A stretch of DNA of 64,000 nucleotides from Akkermansiaceae bacterium (GTDB lineage Bacteria > Verrucomicrobiota > Verrucomicrobiia > Verrucomicrobiales > Akkermansiaceae). This document shows positions 1-9,660 of this stretch, piece by piece. The notes under the pieces were generated by a model, which did not search any database, was not told the DNA's origin, and worked only from the letters and a program-made list of their open reading frames with translations. The position numbers and the translations under genes were made by a program. Location: NCBI GenBank assembly GCA_051251915.1, contig JBPOGF010000007.1, positions 64,001 through 128,000 of the forward strand. Reading direction: 5' to 3'. Positions within the stretch are counted from its first letter, which is position 1. The number at the start of each line of letters is the position of its first letter.

Positions 1-94
1 CAAAGCTGTCCATTGATGTTACTACTGTCTGCCCTAGAGTAGGTAGTGTGAGTGCTAGCAGGAGGCTGCCAGCGATTTTATATTTTTTGTTCAT
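1..94 (-). CDS. 5' end of a secreted protein (runs off the window)
   Basis: Read manually: ATG at 94 gives MNKKYKIAGSLLLALTLPTLGQTVVTSMDSF..., a Sec-type signal peptide; preceded by a ~500-bp AT-rich intergenic region. Confidence 0.6.
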   Translation of the reverse strand, partial: MNKKYKIAGSLLLALTLPTLGQTVVTSMDSF

Positions 95-592
95 GGGAAT
101 AATGTTGTTTATGTTGAGTGCACGAATTTGTGCACCTGTACATAGGACGCCTTTATCTCTAGGATCTCAATACTATTGAAATAGTTCAAAAATATGTTTA
201 AATTAGGTGTCATGAATATTAGATAATATTCATTAATTATTGGTACTAATAATCAATATTAGCGTAGCTTTAAAAAAAATGTAATTGTCTTATTTTTAGT
301 GGTTTTTTTATTTTTTGTGATGTGATTTTAGTTGATTGTCTTATTTACTATAAAGTTAACTGATTCAGTAAGTAAATTTTAGTGTATATTTCATCATGAA
401 AATTTATTTTATGGGGGAATAAGAAAGTAGTTAACATGAGTTTATTTAAATGCGATAAAGATAGTCTGTGTAGTAACAAAGTAGGCTCAGCTGGATAAGT
501 GGGGGATGAGTAGTTCTGCTCTTTTTTGCTAAAAATGAGACATCCTGTTAGTTCTCACTTGTCATACTGTTTTGGATAAATAGATTGGTCGT

Positions 593-1210
593 ATGTCAAA
601 GAAACCAGCAATCTTAATTATCGGTGCACCCGGCTCTGGAAAGGGCACGCAAGGGGTGACTCTGGGTATGCTACCTAAGTTTTTTCATTGTGCTTGTGGT
701 GATGTTTTTCGTTCACTTGATACACGCACGAAGCTAGGGCAGAAATTTGTGGAGTATTCTAGTAAGGGACAATTAGTGCCTGATGAGTTTACGATCGATT
801 TGTGGAAGGCTCAGATTGAGAATTGGAAGGATAGTCATGTGTATTTCCCGGATGCGGATATTTTGATTCTTGATGGTATTCCTAGGAATGTGGAGCAGGC
901 TAAGATCTTGGCTGAATATATTGAGGTGTATCAGGTGTTCCACTTATCATGTCCGGATCGGAATGAGTTGGCCCGTAGGATGCGTAAGCGTGCGCTGCGC
1001 TCTAACCGAATAGATGATGCGAATGAGGATGTGATACAGGATAGAATCCAGACTTATGAGGCTGAGACTAAGCCTATTATTGATTTTTATGATGATTCTA
1101 TAATCACTGAGATAGATGCGGCGCAGGAGCCGGTGAAGGTGATGCATGATATTTTGACTAAGATTATTTCCTTACCTATTTATGAGGATATGAAGAAGGT
1201 GGTTCTCTAA
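593..1210 (+). CDS. adk: Adenylate kinase family nucleoside monophosphate kinase (short, no large LID)
   Basis: P-loop GAPGSGKGTQ, GDVFR, LVPDE, LDGIPRN, R-x-DD motifs. Confidence 0.85.
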   Translation: MSKKPAILIIGAPGSGKGTQGVTLGMLPKFFHCACGDVFRSLDTRTKLGQKFVEYSSKGQLVPDEFTIDLWKAQIENWKDSHVYFPDADILILDGIPRNVEQAKILAEYIEVYQVFHLSCPDRNELARRMRKRALRSNRIDDANEDVIQDRIQTYEAETKPIIDFYDDSIITEIDAAQEPVKVMHDILTKIISLPIYEDMKKVVL

Positions 1211-1222
1211 ATTACTGATCAT

Positions 1223-2188
1223 TTGAAAAAGCAACGAATTTTATTCATGGGGACGGGAGAGATAGCTCTGCCGTCCTTTGTGGCTCTGCTGGAGAGCGAT
1301 TACGAGGTGGTGGGGCTTTTTACTCAGCCGGATAAGCGTGTGGGTAGAAAGCAGGTGATGACTCCGCCGGAGATCAAGGTGGTGGCTGAGGAGAATGGGG
1401 TGCCTGTGTGGCAGCCTGAGAGGTTGAGAGGATCTGAGGAGCTGGAGGTGATAGAGGGGCTTGGGGCTGATCTTATAGTGGTGATGGCTTATGGGCAGAT
1501 TTTACCGAAGCGGGTGATTAATGCACCTCGGATTGCTTGTATTAATTTGCATGCTTCTTTGTTGCCGAAATACCGTGGTGCGTCTTGTATTCAGGGGGCG
1601 ATAGATGCGGGTGATGCGGAGACTGGGATTAGTGTGATGCATGTGGCGCCGGCGCTGGATGAGGGTGATGTGATTTTACAACACAAGTTAGAGATTTTAC
1701 CGGAGCATACTGGTGGGGTGGTGCATGATCTTCTGGCTGAGGTGGCTCCGGTTGCTTTGTTAGAGGGACTGGCGAAGCTGGTGGATGGTAGTGCTGAGCG
1801 GAAGGTGCAGGATGATAGTTTGTCAAATTATGCGCCGAAGTTGATGCGTGAGGATGGTGAGCTGGACTGGAAGATGTCTGCTGCTGAGGTGGAACGCCGA
1901 GTGAGGGCGTATGATCCGTGGCCGGAGACTAGCACTACGTTTGTGGAGGCTAAGGGGAAGGCGCAAGGGAAGGTGAAGAGGTTGAAGATTTTTCCACAGG
2001 TTGTGGTGGAGAGTGAGCTGGGCGGGAAGCCTGGGGAGGTGCTGGAGCTTAGTAAGAATGGTCTGGTTATTGCTTGTGGGGAGGGTGCTGTTCGGTGCAC
2101 TAACATTCAGCCTGAGGGTAGTGCAAGGATGACTGCGGAGCAGTTTGCCACTGGTGGGAGGATTGTGGTGGGTGATCTACTTTCGTAG
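1223..2188 (+). CDS. fmt: Methionyl-tRNA formyltransferase
   Basis: FMGT start, TQPDK, AYGQIL, NLHASLLPKYRGA, LDEGD; TTG start. Confidence 0.96.
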   Translation: MKKQRILFMGTGEIALPSFVALLESDYEVVGLFTQPDKRVGRKQVMTPPEIKVVAEENGVPVWQPERLRGSEELEVIEGLGADLIVVMAYGQILPKRVINAPRIACINLHASLLPKYRGASCIQGAIDAGDAETGISVMHVAPALDEGDVILQHKLEILPEHTGGVVHDLLAEVAPVALLEGLAKLVDGSAERKVQDDSLSNYAPKLMREDGELDWKMSAAEVERRVRAYDPWPETSTTFVEAKGKAQGKVKRLKIFPQVVVESELGGKPGEVLELSKNGLVIACGEGAVRCTNIQPEGSARMTAEQFATGGRIVVGDLLS

Positions 2189-3442
2189 TTTCTTCAAGGC
2201 CTCTAGCCTCTCTAGCATGGGGGGGTGGGAGTAGTCTAGGAAGACTGGGAGTGGGTGTGGGGTGAGGTTTACTAGGTTGTCTGCTGAGAGTTTCTTGAGT
2301 GACTGGATGAGGTGGTCTGGGGTGCCTTGGGCGTTTGTGGCGTATGCGTCTGCCTCGAACTCGTGTTTGCGGCTGGACATGTTGCTAAAGATTCCGAGGA
2401 CTTTTTTGACTGGGGCGAAGAGGAGGCCGAAGAAGATGAGTCCGGCGTAGACTGAGATGTTGTCCATCTTGAAGGCGCCGAAGAGGTATTCTGCTACGGG
2501 GCCGTTTTTGTCTGTGACGAGGCCTAGGAGGTAGAATACTACGGCGGACTGGATGATGCCGATGACCATGCGTTTGACGATGTGCTTGCATTTGAAGTGG
2601 CCGATCTCGTGGGCGAGGATGCCGACTAGGCCTTCTGTGGTGTGGTTTTCTACGAGGGTGTCGAAGAGGGCTATTTTTTTATTTTTGCCGAAGCCGGTGA
2701 AGAAGGCGTTGGATTTGGTGGAGCGCTTGGAGCCGTCCATGATGAAGAGTTCTGTGAGGGGGAAGTCGCATTTTTTGGCCATGTCGTTGATGGCGTCTTT
2801 GAGTTCTCCTTCTGGCATTGGCTCGAATTTATTGAAGAGGGGGAGGAAGACTGATGGGGCGATGTAGGTGAGGAGGAGCTGGATGATGGTGAATGCGGCC
2901 CATGCCCAGAGCCAAGCCATGGGGACGGAGTCGAAGATCCAGAGGATGAGGGCGAGGATGGGTCCGCCGATGAGGGCCATGAGGATGAGGCCTTTGATCT
3001 GGTCGATGATGAATGTTTTGAGGGTGGTTTTGTTGAAGCCGAATTTTTCTTCGATGACGAAGGTGTCGTAGAGCTGGAAGGGGATCATGATGATGATCTG
3101 GGCGGCGAAGAGGAGGGCCATGAAGATGAGGCCGGTGATGATTTCTCCGTGGCCGAAGCTGCGGACGAGGTTGTCTAGCCAGTTGAAGCCGCCGGTGAGC
3201 CAGAAGCCGAGCATGAGCATGAGGGAGAAGATGCTCTCGATGATGCCGAATTTTTCTGTGACGCGGACGTAGTTTTGTGATTTGGCGTATTTGTCAGCAT
3301 CAAAGACATCGGAAAATTCTTCTGGGAGTTTGGGGTCGAGCGCTTTGAGGTTTAGGAGGGTGGCGATGAAGTCCAGGTTCCAGAGTGCTAGGAGTGAGAT
3401 GATGATGAAGAGGGCTAATGCGTTTTCCATGGGGGAATGCAT
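2177..3442 (-). CDS. M48 family (Ste24/CAAX-type) membrane zinc metallopeptidase
   Basis: DGSKRSTKSNAFFTG, HEIGH, EFEAD, YSHPP motifs; multiple TM segments; true start may be Met5 (3430). Confidence 0.93.
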   Translation of the reverse strand: MHSPMENALALFIIISLLALWNLDFIATLLNLKALDPKLPEEFSDVFDADKYAKSQNYVRVTEKFGIIESIFSLMLMLGFWLTGGFNWLDNLVRSFGHGEIITGLIFMALLFAAQIIIMIPFQLYDTFVIEEKFGFNKTTLKTFIIDQIKGLILMALIGGPILALILWIFDSVPMAWLWAWAAFTIIQLLLTYIAPSVFLPLFNKFEPMPEGELKDAINDMAKKCDFPLTELFIMDGSKRSTKSNAFFTGFGKNKKIALFDTLVENHTTEGLVGILAHEIGHFKCKHIVKRMVIGIIQSAVVFYLLGLVTDKNGPVAEYLFGAFKMDNISVYAGLIFFGLLFAPVKKVLGIFSNMSSRKHEFEADAYATNAQGTPDHLIQSLKKLSADNLVNLTPHPLPVFLDYSHPPMLERLEALKKLRK

Positions 3443-3500
3443 AATTGGGGGAGAGAGATATGCAAGGATAGAGTTGTGTGGTGTGGTGGTGATTTTAAAT

Positions 3501-3535
3501 AAAAAGCCACACTTTGCGTGAGCAAGGTGTGGCTT
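3501..3535 (-). terminator. Rho-independent terminator of the PEP-CTERM gene
   Basis: aagccacactttgc-gtga-gcaaggtgtggctt hairpin with an A-run at 3501-3505 (U-tract on -). Confidence 0.8.
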
Positions 3536-3561
3536 CTGAAAAAATGATGAGTTTTTAGAAT

Positions 3562-4374
3562 TTATTTACGGCGGCGTAGAATGAGTGCTAATCCACCGAG
3601 GCCTAGTAGGGCTGTTGATGATGGCTCTGGCACTAGGGTGAGAGTGCTTCCACCACCTCCTCCGTTTGGTGTGACTAGGAAGTAATCTGCAAAGTTAAGA
3701 TCGGTAATTTCAACACCACCAACACCACTAACACCACCAACCTTGACTGCACGAGCTGAACTCTTATTGGCAGTACCTAAGTTTTCATTCCCTGCACCTG
3801 ACACTAATTGTGCCATCCAATCGGCAGCATCATCGTCACCGGCACTTATAAAACTACCAGTCCAATCACTTGCTATATGGAAAAAGCCGTTGTCTTGGTT
3901 AATCCTGAGATCGAAATCATCTGTCGCATTAATGATGGCGTCACCGCTGATATTAAAACCTCCAACACTACTATTAACAAGCAATTGTTGTCCGAAGTTG
4001 ACCTGCCCTCCCGAAAGATTGAATATACTTCCTGAGTTTGCGTTGAAATTTAGACCTGTGGTCCCTGCAAGGGTTCCTCCCTGGAGGTTCCAGACGAGAC
4101 CGGCTGAGTTAGCGTTAAAAGTTCCACTGATAGTGCCTGCATCTTGGTTAATTGTAACATCGGCAAATGCTCCGTTAAAGTTGCCAGCAACGGTTCCATC
4201 TACGCTAATAGTTCCAATGTCACCTGCGACAGGCAAAGCTCCTGGAGAGTCACCCCAGCTAGCAGCAGTTCTAATTTCACCTCCGTTAAAAATGACAGTA
4301 GCTGCTGAAGATACAGCGGTGAGGCCTAGCGAGCATATTGCCAGTCCGAGTGATAGTTTGGTTGTTGTATTCAT
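3562..4374 (-). CDS. PEP-CTERM sorting domain surface protein (Gly/Asn-rich, beta-rich)
   Basis: Signal peptide; C-terminus VPEPSSTALLGLGGLALILRRRK. Confidence 0.93.
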   Translation of the reverse strand: MNTTTKLSLGLAICSLGLTAVSSAATVIFNGGEIRTAASWGDSPGALPVAGDIGTISVDGTVAGNFNGAFADVTINQDAGTISGTFNANSAGLVWNLQGGTLAGTTGLNFNANSGSIFNLSGGQVNFGQQLLVNSSVGGFNISGDAIINATDDFDLRINQDNGFFHIASDWTGSFISAGDDDAADWMAQLVSGAGNENLGTANKSSARAVKVGGVSGVGGVEITDLNFADYFLVTPNGGGGGSTLTLVPEPSSTALLGLGGLALILRRRK

Positions 4375-4489
4375 GTGTGTTATTTTTATGTGTTAGTTGT
4401 GTGCTGGATATTTAGTGTTGGTTTTTTAGTAAAAACAATGTGTGTACCATTCTAGGTTTGTCATCATACATAAATTCTATCTTTTGGTA

Positions 4490-4509
4490 ACCTAGCCAAT
4501 TGGCTAGGT
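4490..4509. promoter_or_regulatory. Perfect 20-bp palindrome, candidate operator upstream of the PEP-CTERM gene
   Basis: ACCTAGCCAATTGGCTAGGT is its own reverse complement; no U-tract. Confidence 0.45.
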
Positions 4510-4564
4510 GTTGGTGAGGTGAGTTTGAATTAGGTGGAGCTTAAGGATGGGGGATTTAACTCCT

Positions 4565-5104
4565 TTATTTAACATTGTTGATTTCGGTGATTGCTAGGTA
4601 GGTTTTGTCTGGGTGGGAGAAGAGGGCTTGCCAGAACCATTGTTCTGCTGATGGCCAGCTTTTGGTGCCGGAGGGAGAGGGAGAGGGGGAGTGGGAGTGG
4701 GAGAGGATGGTGGATTTTACGGTGAGTTTGATTTGGGTGTTTTGTGCGGTGTAGGTTTGCCAGATGGTTCCGGTGGGGTCTTGTGTGTTGGTGGGTGGGG
4801 AGAGGGTGAAGCCGCTGGATTTGAGGCAGGTTCTGGAGTTGTGGAGTTTTCTGGTGGCTCCTGTGACTTGTCTGAAGATGATGAGGCCTTGTGGGTGTTG
4901 GTAGGTTTCGATGATGCCGGGGAAGTGTTTGGCGAATTGTGCTTCTAGGTGGCTGGGGGTGCATTTTTGGAGGGGGAGGTTTTGGTATTGCTGGGGGATG
5001 GTGATGGTGGTTTGTGGGGGTGATGGTGGTTTTTGTAGGATGCTTGTGGAGTAGAGCCAGGTGAGGTTGCAGGTTAGCATGAGGATGAGGTAGAGTTTAG
5101 GCAT
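4565..5104 (-). CDS. Exosortase-associated accessory protein (EpsI-like companion)
   Basis: Overlaps the exosortase stop; FAKHFPG...RQVTGATRKLHNSRTCLKSSGF resembles the H-x4-C-x3-G motif of exosortase-associated domains. Confidence 0.6.
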   Translation of the reverse strand: MPKLYLILMLTCNLTWLYSTSILQKPPSPPQTTITIPQQYQNLPLQKCTPSHLEAQFAKHFPGIIETYQHPQGLIIFRQVTGATRKLHNSRTCLKSSGFTLSPPTNTQDPTGTIWQTYTAQNTQIKLTVKSTILSHSHSPSPSPSGTKSWPSAEQWFWQALFSHPDKTYLAITEINNVK

Positions 5105-5855
5105 GATTGGCTGAGAGTTTCTGGGTGAGTGAGATGAGGAGGGTTAGGCAGAGGGTGTAGAGGGCGATTCCTACTCCTATGTGGGTCCAGTCTGGCCAGT
5201 GGACTAGGTTGCTTTCTGGGAAGAAGAGGATGCAGCCTCGGAGGGCATTTATGAGGATCATGATGAGGGTGGTGGTGGAGAATAGGATGATGCCTTTTTT
5301 CCATGTGAGCTTGAAGAAGACGCAGAGGATGGCGGATAGGGTGATGCCGGCGCAGAGCATATTGATACCGCTGCAGGGTGGGTCTACGAAGACTTGTTGG
5401 CTTTGGTAAATGAGGCCTGTGCCATCGGCTTCTACGTTGTAGCCTATTGAGTTGAGCAGGCTGCCGGAGAGCTGGGTGACTAGTTTTCTGAGGGGGTAGC
5501 CGAGGAAGAACTGGAGGGAGCTTAGCCAGGGTAGGGAGAGGTAGGCTAGGGCTGAGAGACCAAAATTTCTGAGTAGTCCGAAGTGATGGAGGAGGGTGGT
5601 GATGGCTAGTGTGGCCTTGATGGTGGCGGGGAGGTGGAGGAGCCAGAATATGGAGTAGAGCGTCAGACCTAGGAGAGAAAGCCAGTTACTATTTCGCTGA
5701 GTGCGAGGGGTGTTTATAGCAAAGTAGATGACTAGTGGGATGAGGATGATGGATAGAGCTTCCTCTCCTCCATGCATCATGCGGTTTGCGTACCAGATGT
5801 AGCTTGGTATGAAACTTAGCAGGATGCATAGGTTGGTTGTCTGACGCGGGTTCAT
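5097..5855 (-). CDS. Exosortase/archaeosortase family protein (dedicated, XrtO/XrtQ-like)
   Basis: Multi-TM; catalytic VDPPCSG, NALR and H (WTHIGVG); adjacent to a VIT-vWA PEP-CTERM-like substrate. Confidence 0.88.
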   Translation of the reverse strand: MNPRQTTNLCILLSFIPSYIWYANRMMHGGEEALSIILIPLVIYFAINTPRTQRNSNWLSLLGLTLYSIFWLLHLPATIKATLAITTLLHHFGLLRNFGLSALAYLSLPWLSSLQFFLGYPLRKLVTQLSGSLLNSIGYNVEADGTGLIYQSQQVFVDPPCSGINMLCAGITLSAILCVFFKLTWKKGIILFSTTTLIMILINALRGCILFFPESNLVHWPDWTHIGVGIALYTLCLTLLISLTQKLSANHA

Positions 5856-5856
5856 T

Positions 5857-7908
5857 TTAATTTCTGTTACGCACTAGGAGGCAGGCGAATGCGGAGATGA
5901 TGAAGAGGAGGGTGGAGCTTGGTTCTGGGATGCTGCCGTTCTTCATGCTCTGTGCTGGGGAGAGTGCGTTCATGCTGACTCCTGCGGGGAGGGGGAGTGG
6001 CTGGGTGACGGATTTAGCATTGCCGGTGAAGTCGCGTGGGGTTTCATCTACTGCTACGAATGAGGTGTAGGGGGTGAGTAGTTGGTATTCTAGGCCTAGG
6101 TTGGTGATGCGTTGTTTGAGGTCAGCGCTGGCTGAGAAGGTGTTGAAGTCGATTAGCTCGCGGACGGTTTCTCTGGCCCAGAGGTCTCTGATGACGGGGT
6201 TTTGTTTTTTGGATTGTTTTCCGGTTTGTTTTTCGCTTTTTGTGTCGATGGTGAAGGTCTGGGAGAATGTTTCATCACTTCCGGTTTTTCCTGTGATGGT
6301 TATTTTTCCGTATTGGGGGCCTTTGGTTTTCCATTTTCCGGTGACTACGAGTGCGCGGTTGGCGAAGAGGTCATTGAGGCCTGAGGGCTGAACTTCTGTT
6401 AGGTGGATGTCTTCTGAGTTGATGGTGATGTTGGTGAGGACTGGTGAGGAGATGTATTCAGCGAATTTGGCGGCTACGGCTTCTGCTTCTTGAGGCTGGG
6501 TGACGATGAAGGGTTCTCCTCCGCCGACTTTGGCGATGCCTTCGATGAGGTGGCGGTTTACTGAGCTGCCGATGCCGAAGCTGTAGATGTTTGCTGTGCC
6601 TCGGTGGCTGCGGATGATTTCGAAGGTTTGTGGGTCTTCTGAGATGTAGCCATCGGTGATGATGACGATGTTGCGTGATAGGTCTGTGTTGGAGGTCATG
6701 GAGAGCGCTTTCTTGAGAGCGCTGTTTAGTTCGGTTCCGCCGGAGCCGTTGTGTTGATTCATTTTATCGAATGCGTTTTGGATGTTTGCGCGGGTGGCGG
6801 GGATGGGGTGTGGGGAGAGGAGCTGGGTTGTTCCTGCGAAGAACTGGATGTTGAATTGATCGATGGGGCGGAGGTTGTTTCCTAGGTTCAGGAAGAGTTT
6901 CTTGGCAGTTTTGAGTGGGAATCCGGTCATGGAGCCTGAGACATCGATGACGAAGAGGTATTCGCGTGGTGGGATGTGTGCAGGGGTGACTCTGGCTGGT
7001 GGCTGGACGTTGATGAGGAAGAAATTTTCATCGGCACCTTGGTGGGTGGTGATGCCGGAGACGATTTTTTCATCGGCTAGTCTGAATCTGAGGATGAAGT
7101 CGCGGTTGGCTTGGTAGCCGGTGGCTGAGGAGTCTAGTGAGACGGTGGTTTGGTTTGGAGCTAAGTGGTTGATTGTTGGTTGATGGCTTGGGCATTGGAA
7201 GGCTTGGAATGTTAGTGATGTGTTGACGGTTGCGTTGATGGAGAAGTGTGGTTCTTGAGGAGCGGTTGATTTGTTGGTGGGGTCGTAGTAGGGGGTGTTT
7301 ACCCATTCTAGGGTGCCGGAATCTGGTGATGCTTGGGTGGTGTCTCCTGCGTAGCGGGGGCCGACTACGGTTGGGAAAATCCACTCGTAGGTGTTGTCTT
7401 CTGGGATGAGGAGTTCTGAGAAGGTGATCTGGACCTCGATGGTTTCTCCTGGGAGGATGTTGGCTACTTTGGTTTGGAAGACATTGGGGCGCTTTTGCTC
7501 CAGGAGGGAGGTGGCTTTTTTCTCGGCTTTGGCTTTTTGGTAGATGGCTTTGGCGTCTTGTTTTTCTTTGATTTTGGCTTTGATGGTGCGGTCGCCAATT
7601 TGCATTTCCATGGCGTGGACAGCGGCTCTGGTGGATAGCGGGAAGGTGTAGGTTGCTTCGATGGGGGTGGTGTGGGTGTTTTTGTAGACTTGGGTGACTG
7701 TGGCTTTTACGATGCCGTCTGTTAGGGTGGCGTCTACTTTGGTGGAGAGGAGGGGGAAGGTGGATTGAGGTTCTGACGAATCTGTTTCCATGTAGGGGGC
7801 TTCGGTCTTGAATTCTTGGGGTGCGGCGGTGAGTGAGCCGGCTAGTAGCAGTGAGGTAGCGAGTAGGGCTCCGGTGATTTTGTTTATGTTATTTAGGATA
7901 GTTTTCAT
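5857..7908 (-). CDS. VIT + von Willebrand A domain protein with PEP-CTERM-like sorting tail
   Basis: VIT (IEATYTFPLSTRAAVHAM...LLEQKRPNVF), MIDAS DVSGSM, GGTEL, ITDG, LLTPYTSFVAVD; tail IPEPSSTLLFIISAFACLLVRNRN. Confidence 0.93.
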   Translation of the reverse strand: MKTILNNINKITGALLATSLLLAGSLTAAPQEFKTEAPYMETDSSEPQSTFPLLSTKVDATLTDGIVKATVTQVYKNTHTTPIEATYTFPLSTRAAVHAMEMQIGDRTIKAKIKEKQDAKAIYQKAKAEKKATSLLEQKRPNVFQTKVANILPGETIEVQITFSELLIPEDNTYEWIFPTVVGPRYAGDTTQASPDSGTLEWVNTPYYDPTNKSTAPQEPHFSINATVNTSLTFQAFQCPSHQPTINHLAPNQTTVSLDSSATGYQANRDFILRFRLADEKIVSGITTHQGADENFFLINVQPPARVTPAHIPPREYLFVIDVSGSMTGFPLKTAKKLFLNLGNNLRPIDQFNIQFFAGTTQLLSPHPIPATRANIQNAFDKMNQHNGSGGTELNSALKKALSMTSNTDLSRNIVIITDGYISEDPQTFEIIRSHRGTANIYSFGIGSSVNRHLIEGIAKVGGGEPFIVTQPQEAEAVAAKFAEYISSPVLTNITINSEDIHLTEVQPSGLNDLFANRALVVTGKWKTKGPQYGKITITGKTGSDETFSQTFTIDTKSEKQTGKQSKKQNPVIRDLWARETVRELIDFNTFSASADLKQRITNLGLEYQLLTPYTSFVAVDETPRDFTGNAKSVTQPLPLPAGVSMNALSPAQSMKNGSIPEPSSTLLFIISAFACLLVRNRN

Positions 7909-7949
7909 ATTCGATGATTTCTTAGTCGAGGTAAGGAAAGCATGGGAAT

Positions 7950-7987
7950 TTGAAGTTATGATGAAGAGGGGGTGAATTTTGTGTGAA
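7950..7987 (-). promoter_or_regulatory. Four TTCA(C) direct repeats at 11-bp period including a perfect cre-tag (OmpR/CreB-type binding site)
   Basis: On - strand: TTCAC acaaaa TTCAC cccctc TTCAT cataac TTCAA (TGAA on + at 7951, 7962, 7973, 7984). Confidence 0.7.
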
Positions 7988-8152
7988 TTTAAATAGAGGT
8001 TTTATCAGGTTGGTGATGGGGCGGGTGGTGAGGTTTGGGTGGAGGAGGGATCGGGGATGTGGCGTGTTTGTGGGGTGATGAGTTGGTGGTTGTAAATTCT
8101 GTGAAATCAGCTAGTTTCGCGCCGCCTGGAGCAAAAGCAGAGGCGTAAGAGT

Positions 8153-9628
8153 ATGAATTTTAGTATTATTTTTAAGTCACTTGGCTCGCTGATCATGTTG
8201 GTTGGATTGAGCATGATGAGCTGTATGCTTTTGGGTTGGCTGGTTCCGCATCATCGTGAAGGGATGCCTACTAGCTATGAAGGCTGGTGGTTGTCTGTAT
8301 CGATCACGATGTTATCTGGTGCGCTGGCTTATGGGGTTGGGAAGTTTCGTTTGCGTGGGGGTAAGGATAAGAAGATTTTTCGAAGGGAGGCTATTGCTGT
8401 GGTTGGGCTGGGGTGGATTTTGTGTTCGTTTTTTGCGGCGTTACCTCATTATTTGTGTATCCGTGAGGTGACTTATGTTCAGGCGGTTTTTGAGGCTAGC
8501 TCTGGTTTTACCACGACGGGGGCTAGTATTTTTCCTTCTGTGGAGGCACTTTCTGAGACTACATTGCTGTGGCGATCTGTGACTCAGTGGCTTGGTGGGA
8601 TGGGGATTCTTGGGGCGTTTTTGTTGATTTTCTCTGGTGAGTCTAGGGGGAAGACGTTGCTGAGTTTTGAGTCATCGATTCATGGTGCGGATTTGTCTAG
8701 TAGTGATCTGCGGTCTGCGATGCGGAGTTTGTGGAGGATTTATATTGGGCTGACGGTGATTACGATTATTGGGTTGTGGATGATGGATATGACGTTGTTT
8801 CAGGCGGTCAACCACGGGTTTGCGGCGGCTTCTACTGGGGGATTTGGAACTGAGAATGATAGTGTGACGAGCTTCTCTGATGGGGTGAAGCTGTGGTTGT
8901 CTTTATCGATGCTGCTGTGTGGTATTAGTTTCCCGCTTTATATGACGCTACTTAAAAGGAAGGATATCAATGTGCTGAGACGTCACGAGGAGACGCGCTG
9001 GTATCTGATTGTGATCTTTGTATCGATTGTGATTATATCGATCGCTAATTCAGTGACTGAGTGTGTGTCTTGCGAAGTGGATGTGATTTTCAATGTGATC
9101 ACGATTATTACGACTACTGGGTTTGTGGTGGGAGATTATGAGACTTGGCCGATGGTTAGTAAGCAGATCATCATGTTGCTTATGGTGGTGGGTGGCTGCT
9201 CAGGATCTACAGCTGGTGGTCTGAAGGTGAGCCGGGTGCTGCTGTGGATACGGTCGATGAAAAATGAGATTATCCGTGGATTCCGTCCGAATGTGGTGCT
9301 GAAATTACAGATGAATGGTAAGACGGTGGATGACCAGTTGATCCGTTCCGTTTATGTTGTGACTTCTGTTGCGGTGTTCTTCTTTTTGACGGGATCGATG
9401 GCGATGGCGCTGTTGGAACCTCATTTGGATGCGATTACTTGTGCGTCTGCGGTGCTGTCATCAATCTGTAACATTGGGCCGGCATTTTCTCAGCTGGGGC
9501 CAACGCAGAGTTTCTCTATCTTGTCTGGGCCATCGCTTGGATTGCTTTCCATGCTGATGATTCTAGGGAGATTGGAATTTATTGCGGTGTTGGTCTTGCT
9601 TAGTCGGAGACTTTGGAGGAAATATTAG
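8153..9628 (+). CDS. trkH: TrkH family potassium uptake membrane protein
   Basis: FEASSGFTTTGAS, QWLGGMG, STGGF, TTTGF, GGCSGSTAGGLK, NIGPA, GRLE pore-loop motifs. Confidence 0.95.
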   Translation: MNFSIIFKSLGSLIMLVGLSMMSCMLLGWLVPHHREGMPTSYEGWWLSVSITMLSGALAYGVGKFRLRGGKDKKIFRREAIAVVGLGWILCSFFAALPHYLCIREVTYVQAVFEASSGFTTTGASIFPSVEALSETTLLWRSVTQWLGGMGILGAFLLIFSGESRGKTLLSFESSIHGADLSSSDLRSAMRSLWRIYIGLTVITIIGLWMMDMTLFQAVNHGFAAASTGGFGTENDSVTSFSDGVKLWLSLSMLLCGISFPLYMTLLKRKDINVLRRHEETRWYLIVIFVSIVIISIANSVTECVSCEVDVIFNVITIITTTGFVVGDYETWPMVSKQIIMLLMVVGGCSGSTAGGLKVSRVLLWIRSMKNEIIRGFRPNVVLKLQMNGKTVDDQLIRSVYVVTSVAVFFFLTGSMAMALLEPHLDAITCASAVLSSICNIGPAFSQLGPTQSFSILSGPSLGLLSMLMILGRLEFIAVLVLLSRRLWRKY

Positions 9629-9660
9629 GGGGAGAGATTTTGCTGGGGGTAAGTTTTTAT

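Noticed and set aside
2262..7384. Numerous short overlapping ORFs in alternative frames, including 3743-4396
   Set aside because: They overlap well-supported genes and follow from strand skew depleting stop codons.
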